From Chlorokybus atmophyticus (taxonomy: Eukaryota > Plantae > Mesostigma and Chlorokybus algae): a stretch of DNA of 64,000 nucleotides. The translations under genes were made by a program, and so were the position numbers. Every line of letters starts with the position of its first letter. Positions within the stretch are counted from its first letter, which is position 1. Under the pieces are notes generated by a model, which had not been told where the DNA came from, did not search any database, and saw only the letters and a list, made by a program, of their open reading frames with translations. The DNA lies in NCBI GenBank assembly GCA_009103225.1, contig RHPI01000732.1:108482-172481 (forward strand). Direction: 5' to 3'. Shown piece by piece: positions 1 to 13,852 of this stretch.

Positions 1-28
1 GGCAAACAGTGAGAAGCAAACTGAATTC

Positions 29-835
29 ATACCTTTCATGTTCAGCAGAGTTTTTGGCGTCTTGTAATGCGTCCTCGGTTGCAGCCTTCAACCTGCACGA
101 AGTCGTCATTGCTACGACAGCTGTGTGCTTGTGAGCGCACAGCTGTTTTGGGTGAACATGGTTCTCGCCTTTGGTAAAGTTCCGTATTCTTCTGTTTTCC
201 GCTCTCATCGCGCTTGCTTCGCACTTGCTGCAACATAGTTGTCAGTGACTTGACAACAAACGGTAGCAAGATAAGGCAGCTGACGGTTTATTGTGAACGT
301 CGGGGTAACGAGTAGTGTTCGAAGTTACTGAGGTTGCCAGCTCATGCACGCATGCTTGACCCAGCAACCGCATTCACACAGCGCATGCACTCACTCACCT
401 TGAGCATGGCCAGCACCGCCTGCAGGTCACTGTGAGCAAGGAATACCACGCAAAAGAACAGTCAGATGTACTGCCATGGGTCAACATGGGCTTGACATCC
501 ACGTGAAAACAACGTGGCCACGCTTTGCTGGCCATTGTTACTACGATGTGCCTCGATCAAACGCAGAGCATACAAGTGGGTCCATACAAGTGGGTCCATT
601 TGTCCTGTTCTCAAGCTGGAGTGCACTACATTAGCTAGGTGCTCACAGCCTGTATGCACGACCTGGTAGGGTCGAGTAGCTGCGCTGTGTGGCAATGTCT
701 CAGCAGGCATGGTACACAGCAGTTGTGGAGAACACATGCCTGTCCATCGTGGCGCTGTCAGCTGCGAGGTCGTCGAGATCGTCGTCTGCCTTGCGCACGG
801 CCCTTTTCCTCGTGGGCTTCTCTTCAGGCATGTCG
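29..835 (-). CDS. Fragmentary exons of an unidentified intron-containing gene running off the left edge
   Basis: Splice-like signals on minus (AAG|GTGAGT near 399, AAG|GTATGA near 33) bound short open stretches such as PEEKPTRKRAVRKADDDLDDL (~735-835) and LKAATEDALQDAKNSAEHE (~35-95). No recognisable domain. Confidence 0.3.
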
Positions 836-2348
836 CCACTGCCAGCGACTCACAGTGTCAGCTGCTGCTGCCGCAAATTGCCGCCTCTGTGTCGCTCTGC
901 TGCGGAAACCGGCACATAAGTACAACTGAAATACCGCACTGGTCTAGATGCAAGCCTGTGGTCTTGCCAAAACTACAAGCTCAAAGCAGTGTCTCTAGCT
1001 TGTGACAAGGCCCTAGAACATTTCAAGCACCAACAATGCAAGGCAAGCAGCAGGTAGCACGCACGGTCAATGCACAAGCTTGGCAAGCTATCAAACTCAG
1101 CAGGTGCCAGTGAGCGGACAACACGTGAAGCTCAGCTTGAAAGCTGTCTGTTGAACAAACGAGCAAACGAGCGAACGAGACGTGTAGGTTAGCCACTGCG
1201 CTGCACTCCTCAAGCAAGACAATGCACAAGCCCACGCTGCCGCCTGCAAGGAGTTGCCTCTGCTGTGCTGTGCAGCATGCATGGCGGCATGCAGGCGCAG
1301 CGAGAAGCTTGCAATCCACAATGACTTGTTGCATGTGAGCAGCAAGTCACGTAGTTACAAAGGCAGTGCGGTAGAGACTAAACTCCGCAGCAGCAGCGTA
1401 AAGCTGGCACTTCTCCGACCAGAGCAGAAGCCGGCGGCCGCCTCTCCTCCCTGACGCCAGCCACCAAGTTAAAGCACGGTACCACTGCTGCTGCTGGCGC
1501 GCTCACCCGCGCTTTGTGTCATGTGGCATTGGGTATTACGTTAGCAAGGGCCATAGCTGCGTTTGCCATTGCATGTGGTAGTGTAGTACTAGTGGTAATA
1601 TGATACTAGGATGTACTAGTTCATAAGTTATGAATCATAAAATGACAATGTTTATGAGTACCTACATATTTGTAAACAACGCTACATAAAAAAAAGGAAC
1701 GCATTCACATACTACATTACAACGTAAACTTTATGTCGGACTACGCCTTTAAACTTGATGAGAAATAATTCATCTGCCTTCCAATCATGTTTAATCTACT
1801 TCTTAACTTTATTAATCAAGACAACCTTATCCTCTGCGCCGATGTCTTCATCCATATGAAAATGTTAAAGAGATCAAAGTCATCACTCTCCAATCCGAAG
1901 TATTTTTTAATCTTTAAAATGCGGTTCCTTCTTATAAAGGCTTTATGCATGTATGAGTACATTGCAACCCGCTATGTATGAGTACTTTACACTATAACCT
2001 ACTCTTGAGTTGAACTTGTCATTAATCCAAGTGATGTATGTACATCACGTAAAAAATGTATTATTTACGTAACATATTTACTTTTGCTTGTACAAGCGTG
2101 TAACAACGAAAACGCCATTCTCACATCTTATAGTCTGACAGCCAGTGACGCGAAAGCTACAAAGCAATGCCATTGGATTCTTGCTCTGCCACGTCAATGA
2201 TAGCAGCATATGATTACGTTATTGTTTATATTATCATATATATATTCACACATGCGTATTACAAGGCGTACAAACCGATATGTCCTACAAGACCAATTTG
2301 TGACACATTACAAGTGCATAGCGGGGTGGGTCAACTTGCGGGGGGAGG

Positions 2349-2521
2349 NNNNNNNNNNNNNNNNNNNNNNNNNNNNNNNNNNNNNNNNNNNNNNNNNNNN
2401 NNNNNNNNNNNNNNNNNNNNNNNNNNNNNNNNNNNNNNNNNNNNNNNNNNNNNNNNNNNNNNNNNNNNNNNNNNNNNNNNNNNNNNNNNNNNNNNNNNNN
2501 NNNNNNNNNNNNNNNNNNNNN
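2349..2521. other. Assembly gap (N run) flanked by G-rich sequence
   Basis: N run directly visible. Confidence 0.99.
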
Positions 2522-3781
2522 GGGGCGGGCGAAGGTGCGGTTATCACCCAAACCAAGTTACCTCTAGTTCAATGAGAGCAATAAATGCGCTCATGCTTGA
2601 AAGCTTTCGCAATGCATGCCTTTTGTTATGTGGTTAAGCATGCAACGAGTGGTATTCATAACCACTGAATGTTACGGTGTGTAGCAGAGTCGACTCTGCT
2701 GTAGGGTAATTTACGTTTATAAATGACTTTATAAACATAAAAGTAGTATATACTTGGAAGTATTCGAGGTAAATATTGTATCACAATCTTCTTCATGTGC
2801 TGAAGCAAGCATTTTCATCTACTTTGCAATACTGCAATGTTGGAGCGCATTGTTTGCATGTGTTCAGAGCTGCAAATAGTAGTCGTAATACTAGTTGAAC
2901 CAATGTTCATTCACTATAGGCTTACGAGAATGTCACGCAACGGTTTGCGTTCGACAAGCCAAATGCTCACTCGTTGATATCGTGCACCTACACGTTGATG
3001 TGTACATATCAAAGTAGCAAGCGGGCAACTTGGTCACATCGAATGTGAGATGTTGTTGTCATACATGATAAGACGCTATCACTTGGCACATGCGTACCAA
3101 TGACTCTCTTAAAAACCCACGTGGCCAAGTAAGACGCTGAAGGCACCACATAGACCCCATGTGTAGATTGCTCTTGTGGACCCTTATGGCCAAGCAGGAA
3201 GGCAACAATGCAGAGCCTAACAAGATGTATTTATAAGATCAATGCCGAATGGTGCTAAGAAACTCAGTCTTGTGCCCACTTGCTCAGTGCATAGGGTGCT
3301 TGCAATCATCAAGTCTACTCCGGATGTAATGGATGGCGTAGCCGTTCAACCGGCATTCCTCCCCTCTTGAAGGAGTGGGTGGTGCGAAGTGAGCTCTGTG
3401 TGCGTGTGTGCATGCCATGCCGGGAGGTCATCTCCATATAAAGGCGGAGTGTCTAGTTATGTGCAACGTGTAGCAATCAAACAATGAGTCCACGTGGTCC
3501 ACTGCACTTTGAGTGGAGGTTTGCATTGAAAGTTCTCTGTCTACGCTATTGAGTGCTGGGTTGCATCATCATTATCAGTGATGCAAACCATGCAAGGGTC
3601 TGGCGGTGAAAGCCTACTTTGGAAGCCAGTGCGAATTCGAATCGTCACGAAGGCTCAACAATGCAGAGCTTCCCAACAAAATAAAACGGTATGTACATGG
3701 GCATGCGCGGATGCCATCTACTACAAACATAGGCATTGCAGCCAGTTCACCAATGCCTGCAATCATTTGAATGCCATGGCA

Positions 3782-6700
3782 TCATGCGTCAAAGATGATA
3801 TACTTCTTGCAGCCTTCCGCCCCGCAATGGCACAATGCGCGTCTTTCGTCTCCAGCTGAAGCAATGTTGCCATAGTCATAGCTCAATTCTGTAAGAGGGC
3901 CAATGTTCTCACCGGCAAACAAACACAGGTGCGGCATTCGAAGGTCATAGTTCTCCCAGAAGACGCACCTGCACACAGTTGACAAGAAGCATCAGCGACG
4001 TTACAACACAAGGTGGTGCATACGCCTGAAGTTGAAGCCATGCATCAATGCAATGGGTATGTGCTTGCAGGCCTGGCATGGGAGGTAACGAGATGGTACT
4101 TACTGTACAAACAGGTTGGGCCGGCAGCTGTGGTTGATAAACCGCGCCACATTGCCCTTCTTAAAAGCATCGAGCGCAAACTCATCCTTCTCAGGCAGCG
4201 CCAAGTCCTTGATGAAGCCTGTCTTCATGCGTGCTTCGCGACCCCCTTCGCCCCGCAACGTTGCCAGACAATCCATGTTGTAGCAGTACTGGTGATTGTC
4301 AAGGGTCTCCGCCTGCTCCATTGTCATCACCTACATGTTTCATATCTCAGTGGCAATTCTCGGCCAATACCACATGTATAGACACCACATGTACAGGGTG
4401 CCTACCTCTCCAGTGTACTCGCACACGAATGCGCCAGCTGGAATTGTATCCCATGAGCGCACCCCCCACCCTTTGTTTGGTGTCTTGAACACCTCTAATC
4501 TGAAGACACAAACAATTGAATACCACTGACCATGACATAAGCATGACCAACCACCAACACGCTGTGCAGCAAGAAGGACACCGAGTCTCAACACCACTGG
4601 TATGACGCAAGCATGACCAACCCACGACCAACAACACTGGCTGTGATATAAACGTGACATAAATGGACAAGGTCTGCACAGGAAGGCCAGAAGGACACTG
4701 ACCTGTATCTTCGAATACCCAACTGAGCGTTGCGATTGCGGCAGCTTGGACCACAACGGCTTTGCGGCCCGCACTCAAAGACAGCATCTGAACAAAGCAC
4801 TGCTTGATTAGTAAAGCACCACATACAGCATCAGCATAGACATGAGTGAGCAGGTGGTGACTCAGCCTCCTAGCATTCCATGCTATAAAGACGGACGCAT
4901 GCACTGGGTACATACCTCTTGCATGACCAAGCCTTTGTTGCGGCTCGTTCAGGTACGCCCACTCCCCTCCATTGTAACTGAGCAGCAGGGATTTTTGCTT
5001 TCCTCGTTGGCCTTCACTGCATGTGGCTTCCCTACTGGCAGGCGTGAGCAGCACCTCCAGCTCGGCAGGCCTGATCTGGCTCTTGACATACTTGAATGGC
5101 GCTGGCCTCTCGTCATCTACCGTGTTTACAACTGGGATAGGCAAGTGCTCTTGGCCACCAGCAAGGTCTTCATTAATCAGTCCAGGCCTGTCTAGTGCAA
5201 CAGCTGTGCGTGGTAGGGACGATAGTCTAAACTCAGCTGCAGTGGAAGTGAGAGGTGGTTGGTCGCCCAACCGTTTGAGTCTGAAGCGATAGATGAGCTT
5301 GCCCTGTGCACCACGGTCAGGAAAGGTGTCTACAACTTGGTAAAGCCCATCGTAAGTGAAGAGTGACCCGGAAATGCTGGAGGTATCCTTGCACCCACGG
5401 ATCAGTCGAATAGGCACCGCTGTGTCCTTGGCCTTTGCTAGGGCTTGGTTCCCACCCGTCATAGTCTGGTCTTTGACTTGTTGTCGTGACCCATTAATGT
5501 CGTTTCCGCCTGCACGTGTTCACAGTGACAACAAGCTAAGTAACGTGATACCTCATGCAACAACAATAGCACACAACACTTGAGCGAGTGATACTATGAT
5601 TGCAATCTCAACGGTAAAGTTGGCTAATTTTTGTTGTTCATTGTTCGGCACAAACAGTGTAACTCCAATGAGAGATTCTACGACCATGTCAATGCGTTTT
5701 CCTTTGGTTGGCGGTCAGAATGAAGCCTTCATATTATTGTTTCAGCCATGCACGCGGATTAGCACTGATACGTTCAAGTTGATGTCGGAATCAATTTCAA
5801 CACGTAAAGTTCTGATCACTACGATAAACATGTGCGTATGTGTGTGCGGGTGACTGTATGTGTCGCTGCATGCTTGCTCGTGTGTGTGTGGACTGAGACG
5901 TCTACACTTCATTGCACGCTAATTTTACTGGCCCCGACATGGCTTCAGATCTATACATGCACGCACCTGATTGCGCCATACCAACCATGCACCCGTGCAT
6001 GCTCCCAAGCACATTAGATTTTTGTGAGCACACCTTCACCGGTGTAGATAACATCCTCGCCCCCGTCAACATCGTCTTCATACATGCCACTCATAACAAT
6101 GGACGAGACGACCGTTTCATCAAAGGGGCCATAGCCCCGGCCACCACCTCCACCCGCCTTGATGTAGTTGATGCCTCGCATGTGTGCCACATGCACGCCC
6201 ATGACCGCCAATTGAGCTCGGAAGGTGAAACGGTCCCCTACTCGCAAGCCCGGCGGTTCCCCGAACACATCAGGCACGCCATCACCAGCCTGACGCATGG
6301 CTTTCATAGTCATGAGGTCAGGTCGTTGAGTCTTAGACTTCTCATTCCGATTGCGCTTGCCCGTCTTCGGGGGCTTGCACCGCTTTTCTTCTTCCTTGGT
6401 CCATCTGTAAGCGTCAATGATACTTGCGTAAAGACACAAAGTACCGCTTGGTGCAACATGCAAGTAGCGGCTTGCAGGCAAGGGATGAAGCGTATGTCGC
6501 AAGTGTGAGGTTGGCCGTCTGCTCTAGGTGCGTGGTAGAGTGCAGTACTGTGCATGGGTATGCGATCGTTGTCTGACGTACTGTACATTGCAATTTGCAA
6601 CGTTGCGCAACAATAATTAAATGTCAGACAACGATCGCTTAGCCATGCACACTCCTGCATTCCAAGGCGCACTAGAGCAGACGGGACTCCATACAACAGT

Positions 6701-7417
6701 TCAACCATTGCTTAGCAAAGCACATGAACAATCAGTTTATCCAGAAGTTGCTCTTACGGACACAATTCTGGCGAGCAAGCCATACCCGTTACGACACTGC
6801 GCTTTCAGCTGAAGAGCAATCCGCCATGCATGCTACGGATTGGTGTGCGTGATGTGACCTTGCACTCTGCTGTGCCTATAGTAGTACGTTCTCTCTCTTG
6901 CATGCGGACAGCACGCAGCTGGCTAAGGCTGTGAAAAGCTGCTTCTCTCCAAGGTTAGCATACTGTTCACAACTCTCTTTGGCTTGCGGTGCGTTACAAG
7001 CACGCATGCAAGCAGCACGCAGCGTGCTTACTTGAGCAGCTCCTCGTCCCACTTGTGCTTGAGGCGGGTGTAAGCTTCTCTCTCTGCGGTAGTTTGGGGA
7101 TCGGCTTCAGCCCGCTCTTGCTCAACATTGCCATCGTCCCTGTTGGCATGCTGGCCAGCCTCCGCCTCTGGTTCATCTGCTTGCTCCTGCGACGGCGCCG
7201 CCTCCGTCAGCTGAACTACCTGCTGCTCAGCCAATACCTGCAGCATAACAGCCTCGCCATTGGTGACCGCAGCGGTGGCGCTGGTGGTCACCACATGCTG
7301 CTGAACTACAGCGACCGCCCCACCGCTCATGTCGCTGACCATCCCAGAGCCCACCTCGACAGCGACGACATTCACCCTGCCGACGCCCAGGTAGGCCGCC
7401 CGCCGCTTTCCCGCCAA
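3782..7417 (-). CDS. SUVH4: SUVH4/KRYPTONITE-like histone H3K9 methyltransferase (SRA/YDG, pre-SET, SET, post-SET); at least 7 exons, 5' end uncertain
   Basis: Exons ~7417-7031, ~6405-6033, ~5510-4915, ~4788-4705, ~4499-4408, ~4330-4102 and ~3970-3782 join at GT-AG sites. SRA: PGLRVGDRFTFRAQL, SIVMSGMYEDDVDGGEDVIYTGEGG, FTYDGLYQV. SET: KGWGVRSWDTIPAGAFVCEYTGE, GNVARFINHSCRPN, ELSYDYG. Post-SET: CHCGAEGCKKY. Confidence 0.9.
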
Positions 7418-9020
7418 ACTCTACATAAGCATACGCTGATTTGAATTCTGAGAGCATGAAATGAGTTTCATCGGCCGCAAGTGGCGATGCAGGCTTCTGC
7501 TGTCAGGTTACAGGGCGACCTTTGATCAGCGTACTTTACACGAAGACATGCATGTTGTACTGTAATTGGTTACCACCCTTCTTGTATTAGGGGGTTCAGC
7601 ATAAGGGCAAGTAACAAAATTGAATGTTGCAAGTTACATGTCATGGTCCCGATACACATTATGTTGCATATAAAGCATGCAATTACTACTCGTACATTTG
7701 AACATTCTCACTAACAAGCTTGCATTTGTAGCGTATTCATATTTACATTATTGTGAACATGGATATGAACCCTCATGACCACCACTTGTACCTCAACAAT
7801 GTAGAATGTAGAAAACCTAGTACGAGCTTATTAATCCATCTCATAAGTATACACGCGGGGGAGAGGAAGAGCAGGAGGGAGGGAGTGGTCGTGCTTGCCA
7901 TTGCCATCAACGACTAACCCCGGCCCATGTGGGCAAGTATGTCAATGACTATGTGTTGTTTGGGGGCTGTGCATGTAGAGGGTAGCTAGACAAAGTAGGT
8001 AACGCACATAGCCTGGCGGTGGTGGTGTGAATATAATGATAATGGTGAATGCTTTGTGCGTGTGCATGTGATTGTAGCATGTGCAGCAACCGAGTGCGCA
8101 TATATGGCAGCAGGTGTGATGCAGCACCCCGTATAAAATGAGTGCTTGCATGCTCTCAATGCGACATCATATCAATGGCATAATTGATGTAATGCACCAT
8201 GCAATCAAGACAAGCCTTTCAATTATATCATGCTTGAAATAGCCCACACGTTGCCCTTGCTTTGATTTCGTCAACTAGTCGCGCCTCCCCTACTGCCCTT
8301 GTCTAGTGTCGTAGTGCACCTAGTCTCCGTTGAATGGCTCCAATGTTTTGTTGTCCTAATATGCTTGGTTGCGGTTAATGCAATGCAATTGTGCTTGCGT
8401 GTGCCTTGTGCTACTGATTGGCCCCTGCTGTGACACAAGTCCATGTCTTGTTCAGAAGATGCTGGACACAATGCATACACACATAGATACACAGTTTTGC
8501 TCGTGATACTTTTACACAAGTTATACACAATTACCAAACATTCTTACACGTGCCATCATCCGCACATAAGTTGAACTGTAAGTTGATAGTTAGCGGACAT
8601 GCAATCTGTCCATGGCCTCGCCATTTCGCAAGCTGTAGCTATAGCTGCTGCATGTGCAACTTTCATGCTGCCTGTAAAAATATATCTTTCTTTGGATCTC
8701 AACATTATGACACTACAATGCTGAGCATCACAAACGGATGAAGTGCACATGCCTTTCAATTGAAAGCGGATGTACCAGTGACACCAAGTCGCGTACACCT
8801 GATCTCGCAGCAATGTGTGGCGACTCAATCCTTCAATACTCGATGAGTTAGCAGGTCAACTCAGTGATGCTGAGCGGGCGATGGTTACAGCTGAACCAAG
8901 GCTGCAGCAATCAACCCACCGCGCTTGGCCTTGGACACAACACCTACACATGATTTTAGAGTAACTAGCAGTTTGGGGCTAAGCTTACACATGCGGCTAT
9001 ACACATTGGCACAAGACTCA

Positions 9021-11077
9021 CTACAAATCAGCACCATTCGCAGCCACAACTGCTATGATGCCATCAGGCTTGCGCGAGCCCTTGTCGGATAGTGGGCTTG
9101 TGTTCAATGGCTGCTCCACGGTTCGCCCCTTGATGCTGGCATCCAGACTGACCGTGCGAGCTGGCCCTGTGCCCTGCCCGCTCTCCACTGATTCATGCTT
9201 CGGTTGGTCCTTGCCATGATACCGCATCCGCCAAAACTCAAGCGCGAGGGCCACAGCTGCCAGCACGCCAACATACACACCAAAGGCAATGTTCACAGCC
9301 TGCCCGACAAACAGCAGCATGATGTCAGCGTTAGTCAAAAACGCAAGTCATAATGTCCACTGCACAGTGCTAGCGTGCACAAACAGGTCCTCTAAAATTC
9401 ACCTTTGGACTATAGCCTTGCAAGAACGCGTAGCGGTTGATGCCTTTGAAGATGGTCACCGCTGCCATGATGATGACACTGATACCGATGAGGCGATGAG
9501 GCCAGGACCACAACTGCCTGTACTTGTGGTGCACTGGAGGTCGGAACAGAGCGAGCAGGACATTGGTCACTGCAAGTGCGTACACAGCTGTGCCCAGTTT
9601 GCCGTGCCATGTTCCGTAAGGCAAGAGCTTCGCCATTGCTATGATGAAGGCAACAGTAGCCAGTATCACACCAGTGATCTGCACTCACACCAAACAACAC
9701 GTCAGCACCATCACCTGTCATACAATTCACAGTAACAGCAGCAAACCATTGAGCTTGTAAGGCATGCTAACGAGCCTCGTACCTGTATCGAGTAATGCAT
9801 GTGGAACCATACAGGGTCTTTGTATCGCAGGTTGCGTGCAACGAGTACGCCGAGCGGCAACAGCACACCAAATGCTATAAAGTTGATAATCCCATGAGCC
9901 AGCTGAGCTGCTTTCTTCGAAAAGGGTGACGATGATGGCACGTTCTGTGCTTGGCCAGTGCTGAAGTCAACCTGAGTAGCACCCCTGCAAGCAAAGCATG
10001 CTTGCTGTGTACAGTAACAACTCAACCAGGTCCCACACTCAATGGCCAACAGTCACTGGTGGATGTACCTAGTTGTCCCATGGTAGGCAAGACCATCAAA
10101 GTTGCTGGAGGAATACGACCATATGAGCTGAGTCGTGGCAGTAAGCTGGAGAAACTCCGGCAGTGCGCTGTTTACATCCAGCTGCCACCTGCAAGACTTG
10201 TGCATATGTGGCATTTGCGAGGGTATGCACTCTGACACTCAATGTGGAGCCCCACAACGCACAAACCTGACGGTCGTTGTTGTGGAGTTCTGAGAGCCGC
10301 TTTTACTGCTTAGGCGGATGCCATTGTTGGGCACTACTTGAGAAGGAACTTGACCATTCAAGTTGTACATGTTGATGTCTAAAGTGCCGGTTGAATCGTC
10401 CACCCAGCCAATCACAGCCTGACTGCCCACCTGCATACACAATGACAGTCATGCCAGGAAATCGAGCGAGGTGGTTGTTGATGTGACAACGAAGTCCCTC
10501 TTCACAACATGCAGTCTACATTGAACGCACCATTCCGCCGTCTTTCGAGAAGCCAAGGCCGACAAAGCCTGTCGTTTCCGCAACACTTGCAACCTCCAGC
10601 TTCGTGTCATTCAAAGTCCAGTGCAGAACGTACCTACAACAATGTTTGAAGTAAGCCTTCAAAGCATACGTCCAAGCTGCACTAAGCTTTTGGCGAGACA
10701 GACTACTTGCACATGACTTGCCATGCACGAAACATATGCACCCTCCCCTCCCCCGCCCCTTTCTTCCCCTCAACCCCTCGCAGCCCTGTGTAACGGATAT
10801 GCAAGCAAATCCAAAGTGGATTCAACACTGTTTTGGGTAGTACGTCTCATGCCATCCGTTCATGCATTCGCACTGACCTGGTTCCATCAAGCTGCGTAGA
10901 GCACTGGAGGAGTGGGCTAGGCTGGCATGCAACCTGTGCAGAAGCACTGCGCGCACAAGCTGCCGCCCACACTGCCACCAGCAAAGTGCATGCTGCTGCG
11001 CATGCTGTGTCTATGCTGCGACGGTGTGCAAGATAGCTCCCCTTGCGCTTGCTTTGCAGGTGAGCAGTAGACTCCAT
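9021..11077 (-). CDS. Cytochrome b561 and DOMON domain-containing protein (CYBDOM), 7 exons
   Basis: Hydrophobic N-terminal signal (AAACTLLVAVWAAACA). DOMON: YVLHWTL, GFVGLGFSKDGGMVGSQAVIGW, AYHG (Met/His heme ligands). Cyt b561 helices with four His: AHGIINFIAFGVLLPLG, WFHMHYSIQ, WHGKLG, WPHRLIG. GT-AG exon boundaries throughout; stop at 9021. Confidence 0.9.
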
Positions 11078-12155
11078 TTCTAATATGCAACGCAAACGTT
11101 GAGGCGTTCGGCATGTCTACGCTGATAAGCGTGTCAGCCAAGGCAGGGACCAGAGCTAACCAACGACACTAAGGGCAAAGCGCAATGAGTACAAAGTGAG
11201 TGCTAGTGCTCAACCAACAGGGTACTACTTAAACATCTTGGTAAAAGCGACGAATGCATAGCAATTTACGGGTATATACCAATGGTAGCAGCCTGCGGCA
11301 GTAGTCTCAACCGAGAGCTGCGCACTTGGCAATTATCAACTTATTAAGCCGACAAAGCACAGTGTCCACAACGGCAATTGCTTGGGCAATGCAGGCACGC
11401 AAAGCAAAGGAATTGAGTGTGCATTGCTGTTGTGAACCCTTGTAGCACATGCACGAACGCTTACCCCAAACTTGGACGACGCTTGCTGGTCAGCAAGCAA
11501 GCCAAGCAAGCAAGTACCCGGCGGCAGACTGACTAATCGCAGCGTCAATGCTTGGCCGCAATCAACCTCTCCTCGCAAGCTCAGCTGTCACCCAGGCGAC
11601 TGCCAACCTCGCCGCCGACCCCAGCCATCCCGACAACGTGGCTGAGTACGCCGCGTCGCCCGCTTGCCATCATGCCGCCCAGTAGCGCAGCAAGCGACAA
11701 ACAATGAGGCTGCAATGTTGCTCCTACGCTGCCTACCAGCTACTGCAGCGTGTTGCCATGCATTTGTTACGGTAAATTTTACAATAACGTTTGATGTGAT
11801 AACGTGATGGGTCACCTTGCACGCGCATGCAGACGGTACCAGTTCCCCCGTAACTTACGTTTTGTGATGGTCTCAAACCTGAAGCCTGAAACTTTCATAC
11901 TGAACGCGGCCGGGCCGCCTGTCGCGTTTCAGCTACTTCGGTGCCTGGAGTGCCTCAGCGCGCTATGGTACGTTGGAAGGGTACGCGGGTGTCAGGTGGC
12001 TGCGCGCTGAGGCACTAGGCGACGCACTGCATTGCAGTAACGGTGGCAGGGACCTCGCGCGCGTGATGACCCTTGCAGCAAGTAACTGGTGAAAATCTTA
12101 GTCTTTTGTCAACCCCGTTCCAGATATCAATTACTGCAGCAGCGGATTACCGGTA

Positions 12156-12623
12156 CAGTCTACCCCCGCTAAGAGACTTCGCTCCAAGAGAATAACCCCG
12201 CTTATAGCATAGAATGTGAGATTACAATGGTTTTACAGGCAAATGTTGGTGCCTAAGAGAATATGACTAATCGCGAAGAGCATATACTTGTTTCATGAAA
12301 TTCTTGCAAGTTTGAGTGTGCATATTCTCAACATCGAGGGAGGAGACGTGACGGGTGTGGCATAAGGCGTGATGAGCGTGACGATCAGGGCATGATGGGC
12401 AAGGTGTGACGCGCAACCAGCGTGATGGGTGCAATGTCGCGACGGGCGTGACATGATGCGCGTAATATAATAAGCGTGACGGGCGTGATAAAACGGCGTT
12501 TATAGCATATTTATGCTCTTGACATCTAAGAGCATGTTATTCTCTTAAACGCCAAGAGCATAACCTCGCCAAGAGCATACGATTGCTTGGGACAAACAGT
12601 ATGCTCTTAGCGAGGGTAGACTG
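12156..12623. mobile_element. 468-bp MITE, non-autonomous derivative of the pogo element at 17286-26368 (opposite orientation)
   Basis: TIRs CAGTCTACCC(C/T)CGCTAAGAG at both ends with TA on each side. Its two ends match the two ends of the pogo element, including subterminal sequence. Confidence 0.9.
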
Positions 12624-13664
12624 TACCGGTAAGTCGTTTTATTAGATCATGCATATACTGAAGTTTATCTTTCAGGCAGTGCAGGTCACTGCTGAACTAG
12701 TATAAACAAACTCGTATTCAGCAATCGTAGCGATTGATTTTCAGTAATGCAAATGGCAAACCTTTTGACACTGATGTTATGTCACTTGAGGTTATGGTCG
12801 ATGCATTGTAGCTATCATTTATACGTGTCACGCCTATAAGGCTGAAAAAAGTCATTATGTGTCCCTTACTTTTGTTAGTAGCAAGGGACCCACTGGGATT
12901 TTCCATTTCATAAACGGGTGTAAGTGCTTACGGCGTGTGCTCTCATGCGGTCTGCTTTTTGGCCTATGAGGGCCTTGAGTGATGATAAACTACGCAAGGC
13001 ATTGATGCTGGGGTAGCACAGAGCTTGTCAAGGCCTATCGCATGTGAGCCACGGGAAGTGTAACAGTTGACTGTTACAAAAAGTGGCAGTTTGCTGAACA
13101 GAGAGTCAAGTCGGCAAACCACGGGATCTGCACTGTGGTATTGCGATTTGCCACATGTGTGACAATCGCAAGGCAAGTGGTGCCTATGGGCAATCCGCAA
13201 GTACATATGTACGATGAGAGCCTAGGTTTGTGTGATTCAAAGGTAGGATAGTTACACCTACAGTAACACGCGGTGGTTAAATTCTTCTTAGGTGGAGTTT
13301 GTTGGTTCCGATGTTGGAACAAGGTCAGAGCATAGTCACAACGCCTAGGTGGCCTTAGACCTCATGTGTGTCAGGTCGGGAGAGTAGCAAATGATATGAA
13401 TGTTCAGTTGCATCCTTAAGTAGGGATTGGATGAATGGTTGAAGGCATCCGTGTGTGTTTGCCTTGCAAGAGGGCCACTTGTGCGTGGCACACGGCTTGA
13501 CATTCGGAAACCAAATATGGTCCTGTCACAAACCCCGCGAACCATGCATTGTCCGTTCCGCGCGGGCTGGTGCGCGGGAGACGGACATTTCCTGGTCCGT
13601 TCGGGGGACAATTCCTGGTGCGCAATTGCGCACATGACACGGTTCGTGCCGCACCATACATGTA

Positions 13665-13852
13665 CAGTCTAATCTCGATAAGTGCATACTCAATTAGTGC
13701 ATAAATTCGGCCATCACCGACGTCTTCAGGGGGAAGACCTGTGAGTTATGCACTTAAAGCGGGTGCATAATGTATGCACTTAACGAGGATGCATAAACGC
13801 GATAAGTGCATAAGCCCGTTCCCGATGGTATGCACTTATCAAGGTTGGACTG
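13665..13852. mobile_element. 188-bp pogo/Tigger-type MITE
   Basis: 25-bp TIR CAGTC(T/C)AA(T/C)CT(C/T)GATAAGTGCATAC with TA duplication (13663-64, 13853-54). Inserted at the centre of the palindrome CGTGCCGCACCATA..TATGGTGCGGCACG. Confidence 0.85.

Noticed and set aside
1600-2330. AT-rich block suggesting organellar or foreign DNA
   Set aside because: No recognisable gene or element termini; cannot be assigned without a search.
3280-3480. Possible snRNA/snoRNA or promoter with TATAAAGG
   Set aside because: No Sm site, C/D or H/ACA boxes, or stable fold recognisable.
7227-7457. AYAYVEF resembling an RRM RNP1 motif
   Set aside because: Isolated motif in a short ORF in a different frame from SUVH exon 1, with no surrounding RRM.
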